Below are positions 16,136 to 26,603 of a stretch of 44,016 bases of DNA, one piece after another. The notes below the pieces were generated by a model. It was not told the DNA's origin. It made no database searches and was given only the letters and a program-made list of their open reading frames with translations. The stretch spans positions 1-44,016 of the forward strand of contig CAYZWM010000005.1 of the NCBI GenBank assembly GCA_964482155.1, in the 5' to 3' direction. The position numbers and the translations under genes were made by a program. The number at the start of each line of letters is the position of its first letter. The stretch's first letter is position 1. The DNA is from an uncultured Chitinophagaceae bacterium (GTDB lineage Bacteria > Bacteroidota > Bacteroidia > NS11-12g > UBA9320).

Positions 16136-17821
16136 GTGCAAATGAACAAAGGGATAGAATTACATGGAATTCCAAACTTTTTTGGACGGTTTGCAGCGCA
16201 TGAAGGAGATTCTACCGAACTTACGTTTACCAAGGCGCTTATCGCTGTGGTTGCAAGCACCTGCAGTTTGTGCGGTTTGCTTTGGGGATTGATGTACTAT
16301 TTGGTGTTTGGCTTAGGTATAACGGCTGCTCTCCCCCTTTTGTTTACCCTCCTTGTTGGAAGTTCAATTTTCGTTGCCCATGCCCTGGGTAATTATAAAA
16401 TATTAGTGGTGACACAGATCATTTGCGTTACCTGGATTACCGCAATGATTCAATGGAGCATTGGTAGTTTAGACCGATCAGGAATGGTACTCGCATGGAG
16501 TTTTTTGGGTCCAATTGGTGCCATGATATTTCTGGAAAGTAAGCGGGCAATATTTTTAATGGTGGTATGGATAGGACTTGTCATCACAACAGCGGTATTC
16601 GAGCCTAATATATTTGGGATAGATCGGGATATTCCAATAAGCAATGGCGTAAAAACCCTTTTTTACATCATGAATATTGGTGTGTCATCCGTCATTTTCT
16701 TTCTGGGATTATTTTTCTTTTATAAGCAACGTGAACTCGCATTAAGGCTATCGCAAGAAGTGAGAGGCTTGGAAAAAACAAACCATGAACAAGAATTGCT
16801 TCTTAGACAAAATGAGAAACTTGCTACCCTCGGACGCCTGAGTGCTGGTGTCGCACATGAATTAAATAATCCCGCGTCAGCAGTTCAACGCGGTACAGAA
16901 CGGCTTAATAAGGCTTTTGCTGATTTTAAGATAGCCCAGAATGAACTGGCACATTTGGAGTTGGACGATGTTCAGTTAAAGATCATTTCTAAATTTGATA
17001 TTGATTCAGGTAAAATGAACCTGACCGGACTGGAATTGGATGCTTTGGAGCGCACGGACCGGGAACAAGAACACGAATCGGCCCTTGAGGTGATGGGAAT
17101 AAGCAATGGATGGGAAGTCGCGCCCGTTTTGGTCAACCTAAACTTCACAAAGGATGATATACTCGAATTGAAATCAGTTTTCAATTCAAAGGAAACTCAG
17201 ATCGTTCTATCCAAAATGGTGCATGAGCATACGCTGAATAATTTACTTCAGGAAATAGGGCAGGGATCGAGCCGTATTTCTGAAATAATCAACGCACTGA
17301 AATCCTATACGTACATGGATCAGGCACCCCGACAGTTTGTTGATGTACAAGAAGGCATTGAGGCGACATTGATTATGCTGCGCAGCAAGTTGAAACACGG
17401 TATCCGTCTTCACCTTGATTTTTCGAAAGACGTACCCAAAATAAATGCGTATGGAAGTGAGTTGAACCAGGTTTGGACGAACCTGATTGACAACGCAATA
17501 GATGCAATGGATGGTAAAGGTGATCTGTACATACGCACTGTGGCCCAACAAGATGAGGTGGTGGTAGAAATTAAGGATACCGGCGGAGGCATACCGACTG
17601 ATGTCGTGAATAACATTTTTGATCCATTTTTTACGACAAAGGCTTTCGGCAAAGGCACGGGGTTAGGCCTGCATATAAGTTATAATATCGTGGTCGGAAA
17701 GCACCACGGAGATATTCAGGTAATGAGCCAACCGGGTGAGACGACATTTACCGTTAAACTACCGGTCAAGTTGATTGAAACCAACGAGAACGAGAAGGCT
17801 CAAACATCAATTATTAAATAA
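16136..17821 (+). CDS. Membrane sensor histidine kinase (about 6 TM + HisKA + HATPase; ATG at 16142 likely)
   Basis: H-box [11 protein letters not shown]-box [17 protein letters not shown]1 DTGGGI, F-box [10 protein letters not shown]2 GTGLGL. Confidence 0.95.
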   Translation: MQMNKGIELHGIPNFFGRFAAHEGDSTELTFTKALIAVVASTCSLCGLLWGLMYYLVFGLGITAALPLLFTLLVGSSIFVAHALGNYKILVVTQIICVTWITAMIQWSIGSLDRSGMVLAWSFLGPIGAMIFLESKRAIFLMVVWIGLVITTAVFEPNIFGIDRDIPISNGVKTLFYIMNIGVSSVIFFLGLFFFYKQRELALRLSQEVRGLEKTNHEQELLLRQNEKLATLGRLSAGVAHELNNPASAVQRGTERLNKAFADFKIAQNELAHLELDDVQLKIISKFDIDSGKMNLTGLELDALERTDREQEHESALEVMGISNGWEVAPVLVNLNFTKDDILELKSVFNSKETQIVLSKMVHEHTLNNLLQEIGQGSSRISEIINALKSYTYMDQAPRQFVDVQEGIEATLIMLRSKLKHGIRLHLDFSKDVPKINAYGSELNQVWTNLIDNAIDAMDGKGDLYIRTVAQQDEVVVEIKDTGGGIPTDVVNNIFDPFFTTKAFGKGTGLGLHISYNIVVGKHHGDIQVMSQPGETTFTVKLPVKLIETNENEKAQTSIIK

Positions 17822-17833
17822 ACGGAAACCACA

Positions 17834-19495
17834 ATGCGAAAACCCGTCATTTTGACTATAGACGATGAAATTGAAGTGTTGAACGCTATAGAACGGGATT
17901 TGCGAGATCGATACCACGAAGACTACCAGGTTATCAAAGCGGATTCTGGAACGTCGGCTTTAGAAGTGGTGAGACAACTCAAACAACGTGGAACACCGTT
18001 GGCCCTGTTTTTAGTCGATCATCGTATGCCTGAAATGAGTGGAACTGAATTTCTTACAGAGGCCGTCAAATTCTATCCGGATGCAAAAAAAGTACTTCTT
18101 ACAGCATATGCAGACACCGATGCAGCCATTACCAGCATAAATGAGATTGGCCTCGATTACTATCTGTTAAAGCCCTGGAGTCCACCAGAGCAGCATATGT
18201 ATCCGGTGTTGGATGATGTTTTAGGAGACTGGAAAGCAACGGTTCGGTTGCCCTATGACGGCATTCGGGTTCTAGGTACTCAGTGGTCGGCTAAAAGCCA
18301 CGAAACCAAAGATTTTTTAGCACGTAATCGTATCCCTTACCAGTGGTTGGATATCGAAAAAACTACAGACGCACTCAATCTATTCAAGTCGATTGAAAAT
18401 CCCGAAAATAAACTTCCTGTGGTCTGTTTTCCAGATGGACAATTCTCCATAGCTCCGGAACGAATCAAGTTAGCAGCCCAATGTGGACTTCAAACCGAGG
18501 CGACAGGCAAGAGCTACGATGTTGTGGTGGTAGGTGCTGGCCCTGCTGGTTTGGGCGCAGCTGTTTATGGAGCCTCCGAAGGGCTCACTACCTTGCTGAT
18601 TGATGCTGAAGCAACTGGAGGTCAGGCAGGGACCAGTTCAAGAATTGAAAACTATTTGGGTTTTCCTTCTGGTGTGAGCGGTACAGACCTGGCGAATAGA
18701 GCAACCATACAGGCACGCCGACTCGGGGCAGAAATCATAACGGCGCAAAGAGTTATTCGTATTCAATTGAATGGTCCATATCGTGTAGTAACCCTTGAAG
18801 ATGGTACAGAAATAAGCTGTAAAGCGTTGATTCTGGCTACTGGTGTAAGCTTGCGCAAACTGGACTTGCCTAACGTTGATAGACTTTCTGGTGCAGGAAT
18901 TTACTATGGAGCGGCGGTGAGTGAAGCAGCCCATCTGAAAGACAAACAGGTGTTTGTTATTGGTGGTGCCAACTCGGCAGGTCAGGGAGCTATGTTCCTT
19001 GCCAGATATGCCCAAAACGTCACCATGCTAATTCGTGGGGATTCGCTAAATAAAAGCATGTCAACATACCTGATCGACCAAATACATGGAACAGATAACA
19101 TTGACGTGTGGAACAAAACGACGGTACAGGAAGTACATGGTGAAAAGCATTTGGAATCGATTACGGTTTTGAATAGCGATTCCAAAGAAACAAAGACCAT
19201 AGCTGCAGACGGGATGTTCATTTTTATTGGTGCAAAGCCTCATTCTGACTTGTTCGCCGACGTCGTAACCTGCGATCCCAGAGGTTTTGTTTTAACCGGC
19301 TCAGACCTTAAAGAAGACGGTAAAATGCCTAAAGAGTGGAGACTCGATAGAGACCCATTGCTCAATGAAACGAGCGTTCCAGGTATTTTTGCCGCCGGCG
19401 ATGTTAAATCCGGAGCAGTGAGAAGAGTTGCTGCTGCAGTAGGTCAAGGTTCCACAACGATTTCAGTCGTACATCAATATCTTAAAACCGTCTGA
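17834..19495 (+). CDS. Response-regulator receiver fused to a glutaredoxin-like domain and a thioredoxin-reductase-like FAD/NAD(P)H oxidoreductase
   Basis: REC residues IDD, VDHRMP, LTAY, LKPW; GAGPAG (FAD); GGQAGTSSRIENYLGFP; GGANSAGQ; ETSVPGIFAAGD. Confidence 0.93.
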   Translation: MRKPVILTIDDEIEVLNAIERDLRDRYHEDYQVIKADSGTSALEVVRQLKQRGTPLALFLVDHRMPEMSGTEFLTEAVKFYPDAKKVLLTAYADTDAAITSINEIGLDYYLLKPWSPPEQHMYPVLDDVLGDWKATVRLPYDGIRVLGTQWSAKSHETKDFLARNRIPYQWLDIEKTTDALNLFKSIENPENKLPVVCFPDGQFSIAPERIKLAAQCGLQTEATGKSYDVVVVGAGPAGLGAAVYGASEGLTTLLIDAEATGGQAGTSSRIENYLGFPSGVSGTDLANRATIQARRLGAEIITAQRVIRIQLNGPYRVVTLEDGTEISCKALILATGVSLRKLDLPNVDRLSGAGIYYGAAVSEAAHLKDKQVFVIGGANSAGQGAMFLARYAQNVTMLIRGDSLNKSMSTYLIDQIHGTDNIDVWNKTTVQEVHGEKHLESITVLNSDSKETKTIAADGMFIFIGAKPHSDLFADVVTCDPRGFVLTGSDLKEDGKMPKEWRLDRDPLLNETSVPGIFAAGDVKSGAVRRVAAAVGQGSTTISVVHQYLKTV

Positions 19496-20308
19496 TTACT
19501 CCTCCCAGGTGCCTTTTATCTTGGTGTAGCAGATTTGACATTCTTCGAGAGTTGGGGAGTTGTTTAGCAATTTTGTGGTAATCTTCTCGACGTTGTGGGT
19601 TTCCAGTGATTTGATACACCAAACCAAAAAACCGACTGGAAAACCGCGTTTAAGAACTGCTTTCCCAATTAGGTGAGCTGCCAGGTCCGCTTCTTTTATA
19701 CGAGAATCCCATTGTTGAGGTGGTTGGGTTGATAGGTCTGTGGCTAGTCCCCAGGCATAATCTCTAGCCATACGAATGCTAAAATCTAGATAACCCGTTC
19801 TGCCTTTATTCAACCGTTTATAGGCAATACCGACAATCGGCGAAAGTGTAACTACATCTTCTCGAAGAGGCTCGGTAAGTACCTGAATGACAGAGTTAAT
19901 CCGGATAAAATCTTCTCGAATATCCAGAAAGGACTCCCCTTTCATTACTTGTGCCGTAGCGATACCTAGGTCAAATGTAATATGAGCGTTGATGCCGCTT
20001 ATGAGGTATTGGAGGATGCTGTGTCCCCAGTTTTGTGAGCAGCGGTAGACTTCCTTCCAGGCCTCGCTTTTGCCTTGTCCGTTTCGACAATTACGAAGTT
20101 CGTTAAGATATCGATTGGCGAAGATTACGTCCAGTTTTTCGAGTCGCTCCGGGTTCTCAAAGTACCCCTCTTGAAGACCCTCACGAACCTTGTCAGTCAT
20201 CACACGGTATAGGGACGCAAATATACCGGTCGGGTTGTTTTCTCGGTTTGCCCATTCGATCACCTCATCGAGTTCAGATATAACTTCGTTTATCGTTTGT
20301 GCCTGCAT
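19496..20308 (-). CDS. DUF5995-like hypothetical protein (start moved from 20482 to ATG 20308)
   Basis: MQAQTINEVISELD, FASLYRVMT, LDVIFANRY, GINAHITFDLGIA, DFIRIN; the upstream extension overlaps the divergent promoter region. Confidence 0.75.
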   Translation of the reverse strand: MQAQTINEVISELDEVIEWANRENNPTGIFASLYRVMTDKVREGLQEGYFENPERLEKLDVIFANRYLNELRNCRNGQGKSEAWKEVYRCSQNWGHSILQYLISGINAHITFDLGIATAQVMKGESFLDIREDFIRINSVIQVLTEPLREDVVTLSPIVGIAYKRLNKGRTGYLDFSIRMARDYAWGLATDLSTQPPQQWDSRIKEADLAAHLIGKAVLKRGFPVGFLVWCIKSLETHNVEKITTKLLNNSPTLEECQICYTKIKGTWEE

Positions 20309-20463
20309 CAATGTAAATTTGGATTCAATGGACAAATATCTAATTTTATCTTGAAGCCCATGAGCTAAGTCATATTTTCTATACGACTTGCCGATCTTTA
20401 GTAAGTAGGTCACAAATTCGTAATTCCTTATCGATATTAAGTTTATACGCGGCGCAACGGTTC

Positions 20464-20471
20464 TATATTTG
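20464..20471 (+). promoter_or_regulatory. Sigma-A -7 element (TATATTTG)
   Basis: TAnnTTTG match ending 26 nt before the ATG at 20498. Confidence 0.65.
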
Positions 20472-20497
20472 ACACGAAACATAATAAAGAAACCGAT

Positions 20498-21925
20498 ATG
20501 CGAAAGATTATAGGAACTTTACTAATCGTTGCAGCTGTGTCTCATTCCGGATTCAGCCAGGGGTTAATTCAACAAGCAGCAAGCCAGTCAGCTGCGCAAA
20601 CCGTTGGTTTACCTACAAACATCTGTGCAAGTCATGAGTTTATGAAGGACATGGATGATCGTACGCCGGGTTACATGGAATTGGCGAACGAGATGCTTGA
20701 AAACGTCAAGGAAAAGCAAACACATGGTAAAAAGGCGGGTTATGAACTGGTACGGATTCCAGTAGTCTTTCACGTGGTTTACAATAATCAAGAGGACAAC
20801 GTGCCTGATTCCGTTATTGACGATCAGCTTCGAATCCTAAACGAATGTTTTAGACGGCGTAACGCAGATACGTCTGACATGCGATCCGCGTTTTTGGATA
20901 TAGTTGGCGATACGAAAATCGAATTTGTAAAACCGGATTTAGATCCAACGGGTCAACCAACCAATGGAATTACGCGTACTCAAACTTCCATTGAGCAGTT
21001 TGGTGGTGTATTGCCTTTTGGACCTGGCCAAACAGCACAAATAAATAAATGGGTGGCTGACTCCCTGTATACCAACTTTTTTAGAATTTCCGAAGATGCA
21101 CAAGGCGGTAAATCTCCGTGGGATCCATCGCGCTATATGAATGTATGGATAGGCGACATGCGCATATTCGAACCGCAGTTCAATAACTTTCTTGAAATCA
21201 CTTTTGTAGGTTTATCTACACCGCCATTAGATCATGAAAACTGGCCTTCCGACGTCATTAATCTTATAAAGGATTTTAATCAGGGAATACTCCTACACAA
21301 CGTGGTTGTTGGTTCGAATAACCCCGTAAAGTTTAAAGGGAATTACAGTGCATTTAATGGGAAAATTAACACCGGTAAAATGATGGTTCACGAAGCAGGA
21401 CATTATTTAGGCTTACGTCATATATGGGGAGATGGTGATTGCAGTGCAGATGATTATGTTGATGATACACCAAAATCCAATGCGTCAAGTCAATATACCT
21501 GCGTGATCAAAAATTCATGTACAGACGATATCAATGGCGTTGACCTACCCGATATGATTGAGAGTTACATGGATTACTCAAGTGGTACGTGCCAGAATTC
21601 CTTCACTAATGGACAAACGGATGTGATGAGAGACGTAATTACCCGTTTTCGAAGCCCATTGGTGAGTGTATTTTCGCCTGAAACCAGGTTTGTGGTCAAT
21701 GTATATCCCAATCCAGGTATGGGAGTGTTTACCGTCGATTTGATGAAACTCCCAAACAACGGAACAATTCAGGTATTTGATTGTCAGGGTAAGCAAATTC
21801 ACAGCGAAAAGTTCAACAACGCTTCTCAACTTAAAGTTAATCTTGTAGGACAGCACGGCATGTACTTTGCCCATCTGAAATTTTCGAACGGTACGTCCGC
21901 ATTTGCCAAATTGCAGAAGATTTGA
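20498..21925 (+). CDS. M43 (pappalysin/ulilysin-like) zinc metalloprotease with type A T9SS CTD
   Basis: IPVVFHVVY, HEAGHYLGLRHIWGD zinc motif, DYVDDTP, Met-turn YMDYS, FTNGQ..VM, propeptide Cys (NICAS), CTD VYPNP. Confidence 0.95.
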   Translation: MRKIIGTLLIVAAVSHSGFSQGLIQQAASQSAAQTVGLPTNICASHEFMKDMDDRTPGYMELANEMLENVKEKQTHGKKAGYELVRIPVVFHVVYNNQEDNVPDSVIDDQLRILNECFRRRNADTSDMRSAFLDIVGDTKIEFVKPDLDPTGQPTNGITRTQTSIEQFGGVLPFGPGQTAQINKWVADSLYTNFFRISEDAQGGKSPWDPSRYMNVWIGDMRIFEPQFNNFLEITFVGLSTPPLDHENWPSDVINLIKDFNQGILLHNVVVGSNNPVKFKGNYSAFNGKINTGKMMVHEAGHYLGLRHIWGDGDCSADDYVDDTPKSNASSQYTCVIKNSCTDDINGVDLPDMIESYMDYSSGTCQNSFTNGQTDVMRDVITRFRSPLVSVFSPETRFVVNVYPNPGMGVFTVDLMKLPNNGTIQVFDCQGKQIHSEKFNNASQLKVNLVGQHGMYFAHLKFSNGTSAFAKLQKI

Positions 21926-22016
21926 TCATTTAATCTTTATTCTTAGATGTGTTTGAGGTTGTATTGTACGGGGGAGGTCCAAAACGGACAAATAAGCGGA
22001 TGGTATTGAACTTGAT

Positions 22017-22772
22017 TTAACGAAGGTGTATGACAAAGCCAATTTGCACGTTCCACTCCGTGTTGGTGATTTTTTCGGAATAATATTCATAACTGGGTGT
22101 GCCACCGTCATAAACTTCAACATATTCATTGTAAATGGTGCTTTCTCCATGCCCAAATCTTCCCCCTATAAAGAATGAACCTAGTTCATTTGCATACAAC
22201 CCAATTATACAATCAACAGCGAAATACAAACCCCAACCCCCAGCGCCCGAACTTTTAGGTCGTGTAGTGAATTTCTTGGTTGTAAAATCGCTGGTATCCG
22301 TTGGGAAATAAACAATTGAATGTTCCATTTGAGTGACTTTGTGGGCACCTCCACTCAGGCCTGTTTTAAGATAAAACTTTTTGTAGAAAAATAGATTGCT
22401 ATGCCGAATTCCGAGGTCATACGTTGCGTGATACCCCGATGTTGCTGATATTAAATTGGAATGTAGATCCGGGTTTAGGGAAACATATTCGATAACGCGT
22501 CTGTAATTGATCCATTTGTTGTCTATGAACAATTCAAAACCAATCATTTGATTCCGGTTAATCGACCTCTCCACAATAAAACCACCGCTTGAAACTTTTT
22601 TTCCCAGAAATTCAGACGTGTTGTAATTTAAGTCTTCACCAAGTCCCATGGTTGGTTGAATCCACCACTCTGTTGATCTGAATTGTGAAAATGCTTGGGT
22701 AGCTAGACTGGTAAATAGGACTACACACAGCACTACTTTCGTAGGTTTAAATCGATGTTTTTGGAATATCAT
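22017..22772 (-). CDS. Secreted hypothetical, probable outer-membrane beta-barrel
   Basis: Signal peptide (ATQAFS-Q); amphipathic strands; ends WNVQIGFVIHLR. Confidence 0.7.
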   Translation of the reverse strand: MIFQKHRFKPTKVVLCVVLFTSLATQAFSQFRSTEWWIQPTMGLGEDLNYNTSEFLGKKVSSGGFIVERSINRNQMIGFELFIDNKWINYRRVIEYVSLNPDLHSNLISATSGYHATYDLGIRHSNLFFYKKFYLKTGLSGGAHKVTQMEHSIVYFPTDTSDFTTKKFTTRPKSSGAGGWGLYFAVDCIIGLYANELGSFFIGGRFGHGESTIYNEYVEVYDGGTPSYEYYSEKITNTEWNVQIGFVIHLR

Positions 22773-22990
22773 ACCATTGAATTTGAATCCAAAAGTAGAT
22801 GTGCAAGAACCTGATGGCTAATTGGCAACTGCCAATGTTATTTTCTTATTTGCAAAATGTGCAAATGCCCAATTCGATTGTGTGGATGAGGTATTGATAT
22901 TTTGAAGTGATCAAGGTCTTGTGTATTTGCTTTGATGCAACTTAACCGTCAGGAAATAGGTCAAAATTAGTATGTGTGTTACTTGTGAGA

Positions 22991-22998
22991 TAAATTTG
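22991..22998 (+). promoter_or_regulatory. Sigma-A -7 element (TAAATTTG)
   Basis: TAnnTTTG match ending 10 nt before the ATG at 23009. Confidence 0.6.
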
Positions 22999-23008
22999 AT
23001 AGTCCATT

Positions 23009-25972
23009 ATGACTAAAGAACGGTTCATGAAAACCACCCAAGCTAATGTGTTGAGACTTGTTGTCGTATTGATTTTTTGTACGCAATGTTTTGCATCCGT
23101 TGTCGGTCAGAGCGTACGGATGTTGACGGATTTTACACCGTCAAATAACACTTTCCTGGGCTCAAATCCGCATAACTTTATTACTGTTGGAGACGTGGTT
23201 TATTACGGAGCGTCGTCCTATCAAGGTGGGGTGGAACTCTGGAGAACCGACGGAACGCCCGAAGGGACGTTTCTCTTAGAGGATTTTGGCGTTCAGCAGT
23301 ATCCAAATTTTACCACCATAATAGGGTATCGCAATCGAATTTACATGGGGGTTTATACGCCCGACTATGGCAACGAATTATGGGTCTCCAATGGGCAACC
23401 AGGAGATGCGCAAATGTTGATCGACCTCTTTCCAGGAATGGAATCAGCTAATATAAGGGAGCTAACTATTTTTAAAGACGCTTTGTATTTTACGGCGAAT
23501 GCCGGAATATCTGGTCGTGAACTTTGGAAAACCGATGGGACGCCCCAGGGAACACAAGTAGTCGATGTCCCTCCAGGACAAGGAGGGTTTAATCCATCTT
23601 ACCTTATTTCTACCGAGTCTCATCTATACTTAAGAAGCAGCGCTGGGTCACCATCTTATCCCAGACTATGGGTAAGTGATGGTACTGCCGGGAACACTCA
23701 TGTGGTCAAAATATTTAACCCTGGGCTTCCTGATCGTTTTTCCAGTTTGACCCCGGTAGGGAGTGATTTATATTTTACCATTCAGGATGAAACACGTGCT
23801 TTCTCAACATTGTGGAAGACCGACGGCTCCGAACAAGGTACGTACCAGATCGAAAACATCACGTTCTCCAGGTCAACCAACTTTCTAACGGCAATCGACG
23901 ATACGGTTTTCTGTTTGACCGACAACAAGGGTTTAGGCCAGGTATTATGGAGAACCGACGGAACCGATAGCGGAACGTATTTGGTGAAAGATATTAATAA
24001 GGGAATGAACACAAATGTAGCAAATTCACCTACGGTGGTGTTTCAAAACAACCTCTATTTTATAGGAAACGATGGTAAGGTCGGGTTTGAGTTATGGAAG
24101 ACAGATGGTAGCTCAGAAAACACCACGTTGGTAAAAGACATTTTGGAAAACAATACGAATAATTACGGTGCCCGAGGTTATTTCTTAGCTCTGGACAGCG
24201 TATTGTTGTTTTCAGGGCAAAATAAGGTCAATGATTCTGAACTTTGGGCCACAGACGGGTCTGAATCAGGTACCCGTCTGGTGAAAGATCTGAATGTATC
24301 CGGACAGGGAAGCCCATATGGGTTTTATAGCATTAAGGACAAAGCCCTTTTCGTTGCTAACGATGGTGTTCATGGACAAGAATTATGGATTACAGATGGC
24401 ACCAACAGTGGGACATATTTGCTAAAAGATATGCGTCACACCTCAGAAGATACCAACCCATTTGATTTTACGTCGGTGGGTGAGGATGTCTTTTTTATTG
24501 CTCGAATCAACAATGAATTCGAGTTAATGAAAACGGATGGAACGGAAATGGGCACGGATTTCGCTTTCGATACGTCAGTAGTTCAAGACGTAATCCATCC
24601 AGAGGATTTGACAGGGTTTAATGGGAGTCTACTAATTGCAGCTCAAACTCCCGAGGTGGGACTCGAGTTATGGCAGTCGGACGGGACCATCGCGAACACC
24701 AATCTTATTAAAGATTTTATGCCGGGAAGTGAATCTTCATTTCCAGGTTTCTTTACTGAGATGAAGGACGCATTGTACTTCAGGATCATTAATTCTTTCA
24801 ATAACCAAACCATGCTTTACAAGACCCAGGGTACAACAAAGTCTACGGAATTGGTCAAGTCACTTTGGGGTGAAAATAAAACATCGTCAATGTGGGATTT
24901 GGTGACCACGGGGGATAAGCTGTTTTATATCATGGAGACTTTTGAATATGGGGCAGAACTTTATGTAAGCGATGGTTCAGAATTTGGTAGCAAAATGGTA
25001 GCAGATTTATGTGGGGGAGGGTGTTCAGGTATCGAACGTTCTACGACGTTATTTGCGCATGGCGGTGTCGTGTATTTTTCGGCGTCAGGTTATGGGCTTG
25101 GTTACGAATTGTGGAGGAGCGATGGTACAAAAAAGGGCACGTTCATGGTTAAAGATGTTAGATCTGGTTCCCAAAGCGGCCAACCCAGAATCGTTGGAAG
25201 TTTAAATGGGAACGTTTATTTTTCCGCCTATAAGGATAATTATGGTAGGGAGCTGTGGTTGACCAATGGAACCCCTAATGGTACTCGTTTGGTTCGTGAT
25301 ATTGCTATCGGCAAACAGTCATCAAATCCCGGAAAAGGAATTGTTGTGGGAGACCGATTGATTTTTCAAGCAAATGATAGAAAAGTAGGCTCAGAATTGT
25401 GGGTAACGGATGGAACACAAGAAGGAACTGTGTTGGTTAAAGATATTTCCCCTGGACTATGGCACTCAAATCCGAACGACTTCGTTGTGTTGAACGATAC
25501 GGCTTATTTTGTGGCGCATACATACGAATTTGGTATGGAACTTTGGAAAACAGACGGGACATCCAAAAATACCAAATTGGTTAAAGATATTTCCGTGGGC
25601 TACGCTTCTTCTAATCCAGGAGGGTTCGCAGTGATAAAGAACCGACTTTATTTTTCGGCTTATCATTTGGATTTTGGTCGGGAGGTTTTCTATTTAACTG
25701 ACCCAAATGCAAAACCAGAACCACCAATTCAGACTTCGGACGATGGACTTCGTATATTTCCAAACCCAGTCAACGATGTGCTTATGGTTTCCTGGGATGA
25801 CTCCAATATCGAATCAACAACGTTTATACAAATTATGGATATGACAGGTCGATTTGTTCATGCCGAAACGGTTAACGAAACGGAAGCATTTATTCCAATA
25901 AGTCATTTGTGTTCAGGTACTTATGTTGTTCACGTGTACGGCCAGGGGGCTCAGAAGTTTATAAAATACTAA
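23009..25972 (+). CDS. ELWxxDGT-repeat surface protein with type A T9SS CTD
   Basis: About 17 ELWxxDGT-type repeats (ELWRTDGT, ELWKTDGT, ELWITDGT...); CTD IFPNPV...MDMTGRFV...GTYVV...QKFIKY. Confidence 0.95.
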   Translation: MTKERFMKTTQANVLRLVVVLIFCTQCFASVVGQSVRMLTDFTPSNNTFLGSNPHNFITVGDVVYYGASSYQGGVELWRTDGTPEGTFLLEDFGVQQYPNFTTIIGYRNRIYMGVYTPDYGNELWVSNGQPGDAQMLIDLFPGMESANIRELTIFKDALYFTANAGISGRELWKTDGTPQGTQVVDVPPGQGGFNPSYLISTESHLYLRSSAGSPSYPRLWVSDGTAGNTHVVKIFNPGLPDRFSSLTPVGSDLYFTIQDETRAFSTLWKTDGSEQGTYQIENITFSRSTNFLTAIDDTVFCLTDNKGLGQVLWRTDGTDSGTYLVKDINKGMNTNVANSPTVVFQNNLYFIGNDGKVGFELWKTDGSSENTTLVKDILENNTNNYGARGYFLALDSVLLFSGQNKVNDSELWATDGSESGTRLVKDLNVSGQGSPYGFYSIKDKALFVANDGVHGQELWITDGTNSGTYLLKDMRHTSEDTNPFDFTSVGEDVFFIARINNEFELMKTDGTEMGTDFAFDTSVVQDVIHPEDLTGFNGSLLIAAQTPEVGLELWQSDGTIANTNLIKDFMPGSESSFPGFFTEMKDALYFRIINSFNNQTMLYKTQGTTKSTELVKSLWGENKTSSMWDLVTTGDKLFYIMETFEYGAELYVSDGSEFGSKMVADLCGGGCSGIERSTTLFAHGGVVYFSASGYGLGYELWRSDGTKKGTFMVKDVRSGSQSGQPRIVGSLNGNVYFSAYKDNYGRELWLTNGTPNGTRLVRDIAIGKQSSNPGKGIVVGDRLIFQANDRKVGSELWVTDGTQEGTVLVKDISPGLWHSNPNDFVVLNDTAYFVAHTYEFGMELWKTDGTSKNTKLVKDISVGYASSNPGGFAVIKNRLYFSAYHLDFGREVFYLTDPNAKPEPPIQTSDDGLRIFPNPVNDVLMVSWDDSNIESTTFIQIMDMTGRFVHAETVNETEAFIPISHLCSGTYVVHVYGQGAQKFIKY

Positions 25973-26012
25973 GGGCAGCTATAGTGAACCCGGTCGAAGT
26001 TTGTGCCTTGGT

Positions 26013-26600
26013 TTAGCGTGTTATTGGGTTGGTCGTATCGGGAGAACCCTTTTTACTCAAAAAATCCAAATCGAGGTACATGTCATCCCCGTTAATATAC
26101 AAGGTAGTTTCCTTTTTTATGGCAAAGCGCATCCGGAGTGTCGTAAGATCCATTTCGATATTTGCGATGTAGTCGATTCTTTTATTCTCCAATGGAAAAG
26201 TGATTCGTATGGAATTCAAATTCCGATCGACTTTTATAATGTTTGACTCATGGTATCCAGTTAATTCGTTTATCCCTCCAAACGCCGAATCGTCTATCAC
26301 TTTTACGTCGGTCCAATGATTCGCCTTAATTTCGATTTCTTTCAGATTTACAGAGACACGTTGTGCCTTGTTCTTGAATATTTCAAGGTCTCTTTGTCGT
26401 TGGTCGTTAAGGGTCTCCTGTTTAGATCTGCCCACAACAAGTTGTATTCCTTTAATAACCAGAAGGCAAGTCATCACAGCAATTCCCAGGCTAATGAATA
26501 GAGTGTTCCCTGATTTTAGACCGGCTCGAAGTACGATGAATCCAAGACCAAAACCTCCCCAAAATAGGTACTTCGCAAGTTTTTGAAGCTTTTCTTTCAT
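26013..26600 (-). CDS. Hypothetical membrane protein (2 N-terminal TM)
   Basis: 195-aa ORF co-directional with the upstream gene (3-nt gap). Confidence 0.75.
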   Translation of the reverse strand: MKEKLQKLAKYLFWGGFGLGFIVLRAGLKSGNTLFISLGIAVMTCLLVIKGIQLVVGRSKQETLNDQRQRDLEIFKNKAQRVSVNLKEIEIKANHWTDVKVIDDSAFGGINELTGYHESNIIKVDRNLNSIRITFPLENKRIDYIANIEMDLTTLRMRFAIKKETTLYINGDDMYLDLDFLSKKGSPDTTNPITR

Positions 26601-26603
26601 GGG

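Noticed and set aside
20309-20482. 58-aa N-terminal extension of the DUF5995-like ORF
   Set aside because: It covers the divergent promoter region of the M43 gene; family-like sequence begins at MQAQT
23009-25972. Periodic DNA repeats suggesting a CRISPR-like array
   Set aside because: They are the coding ELWxxDGT protein repeats with synonymous variation; no CRISPR array or cas gene is seen in the window
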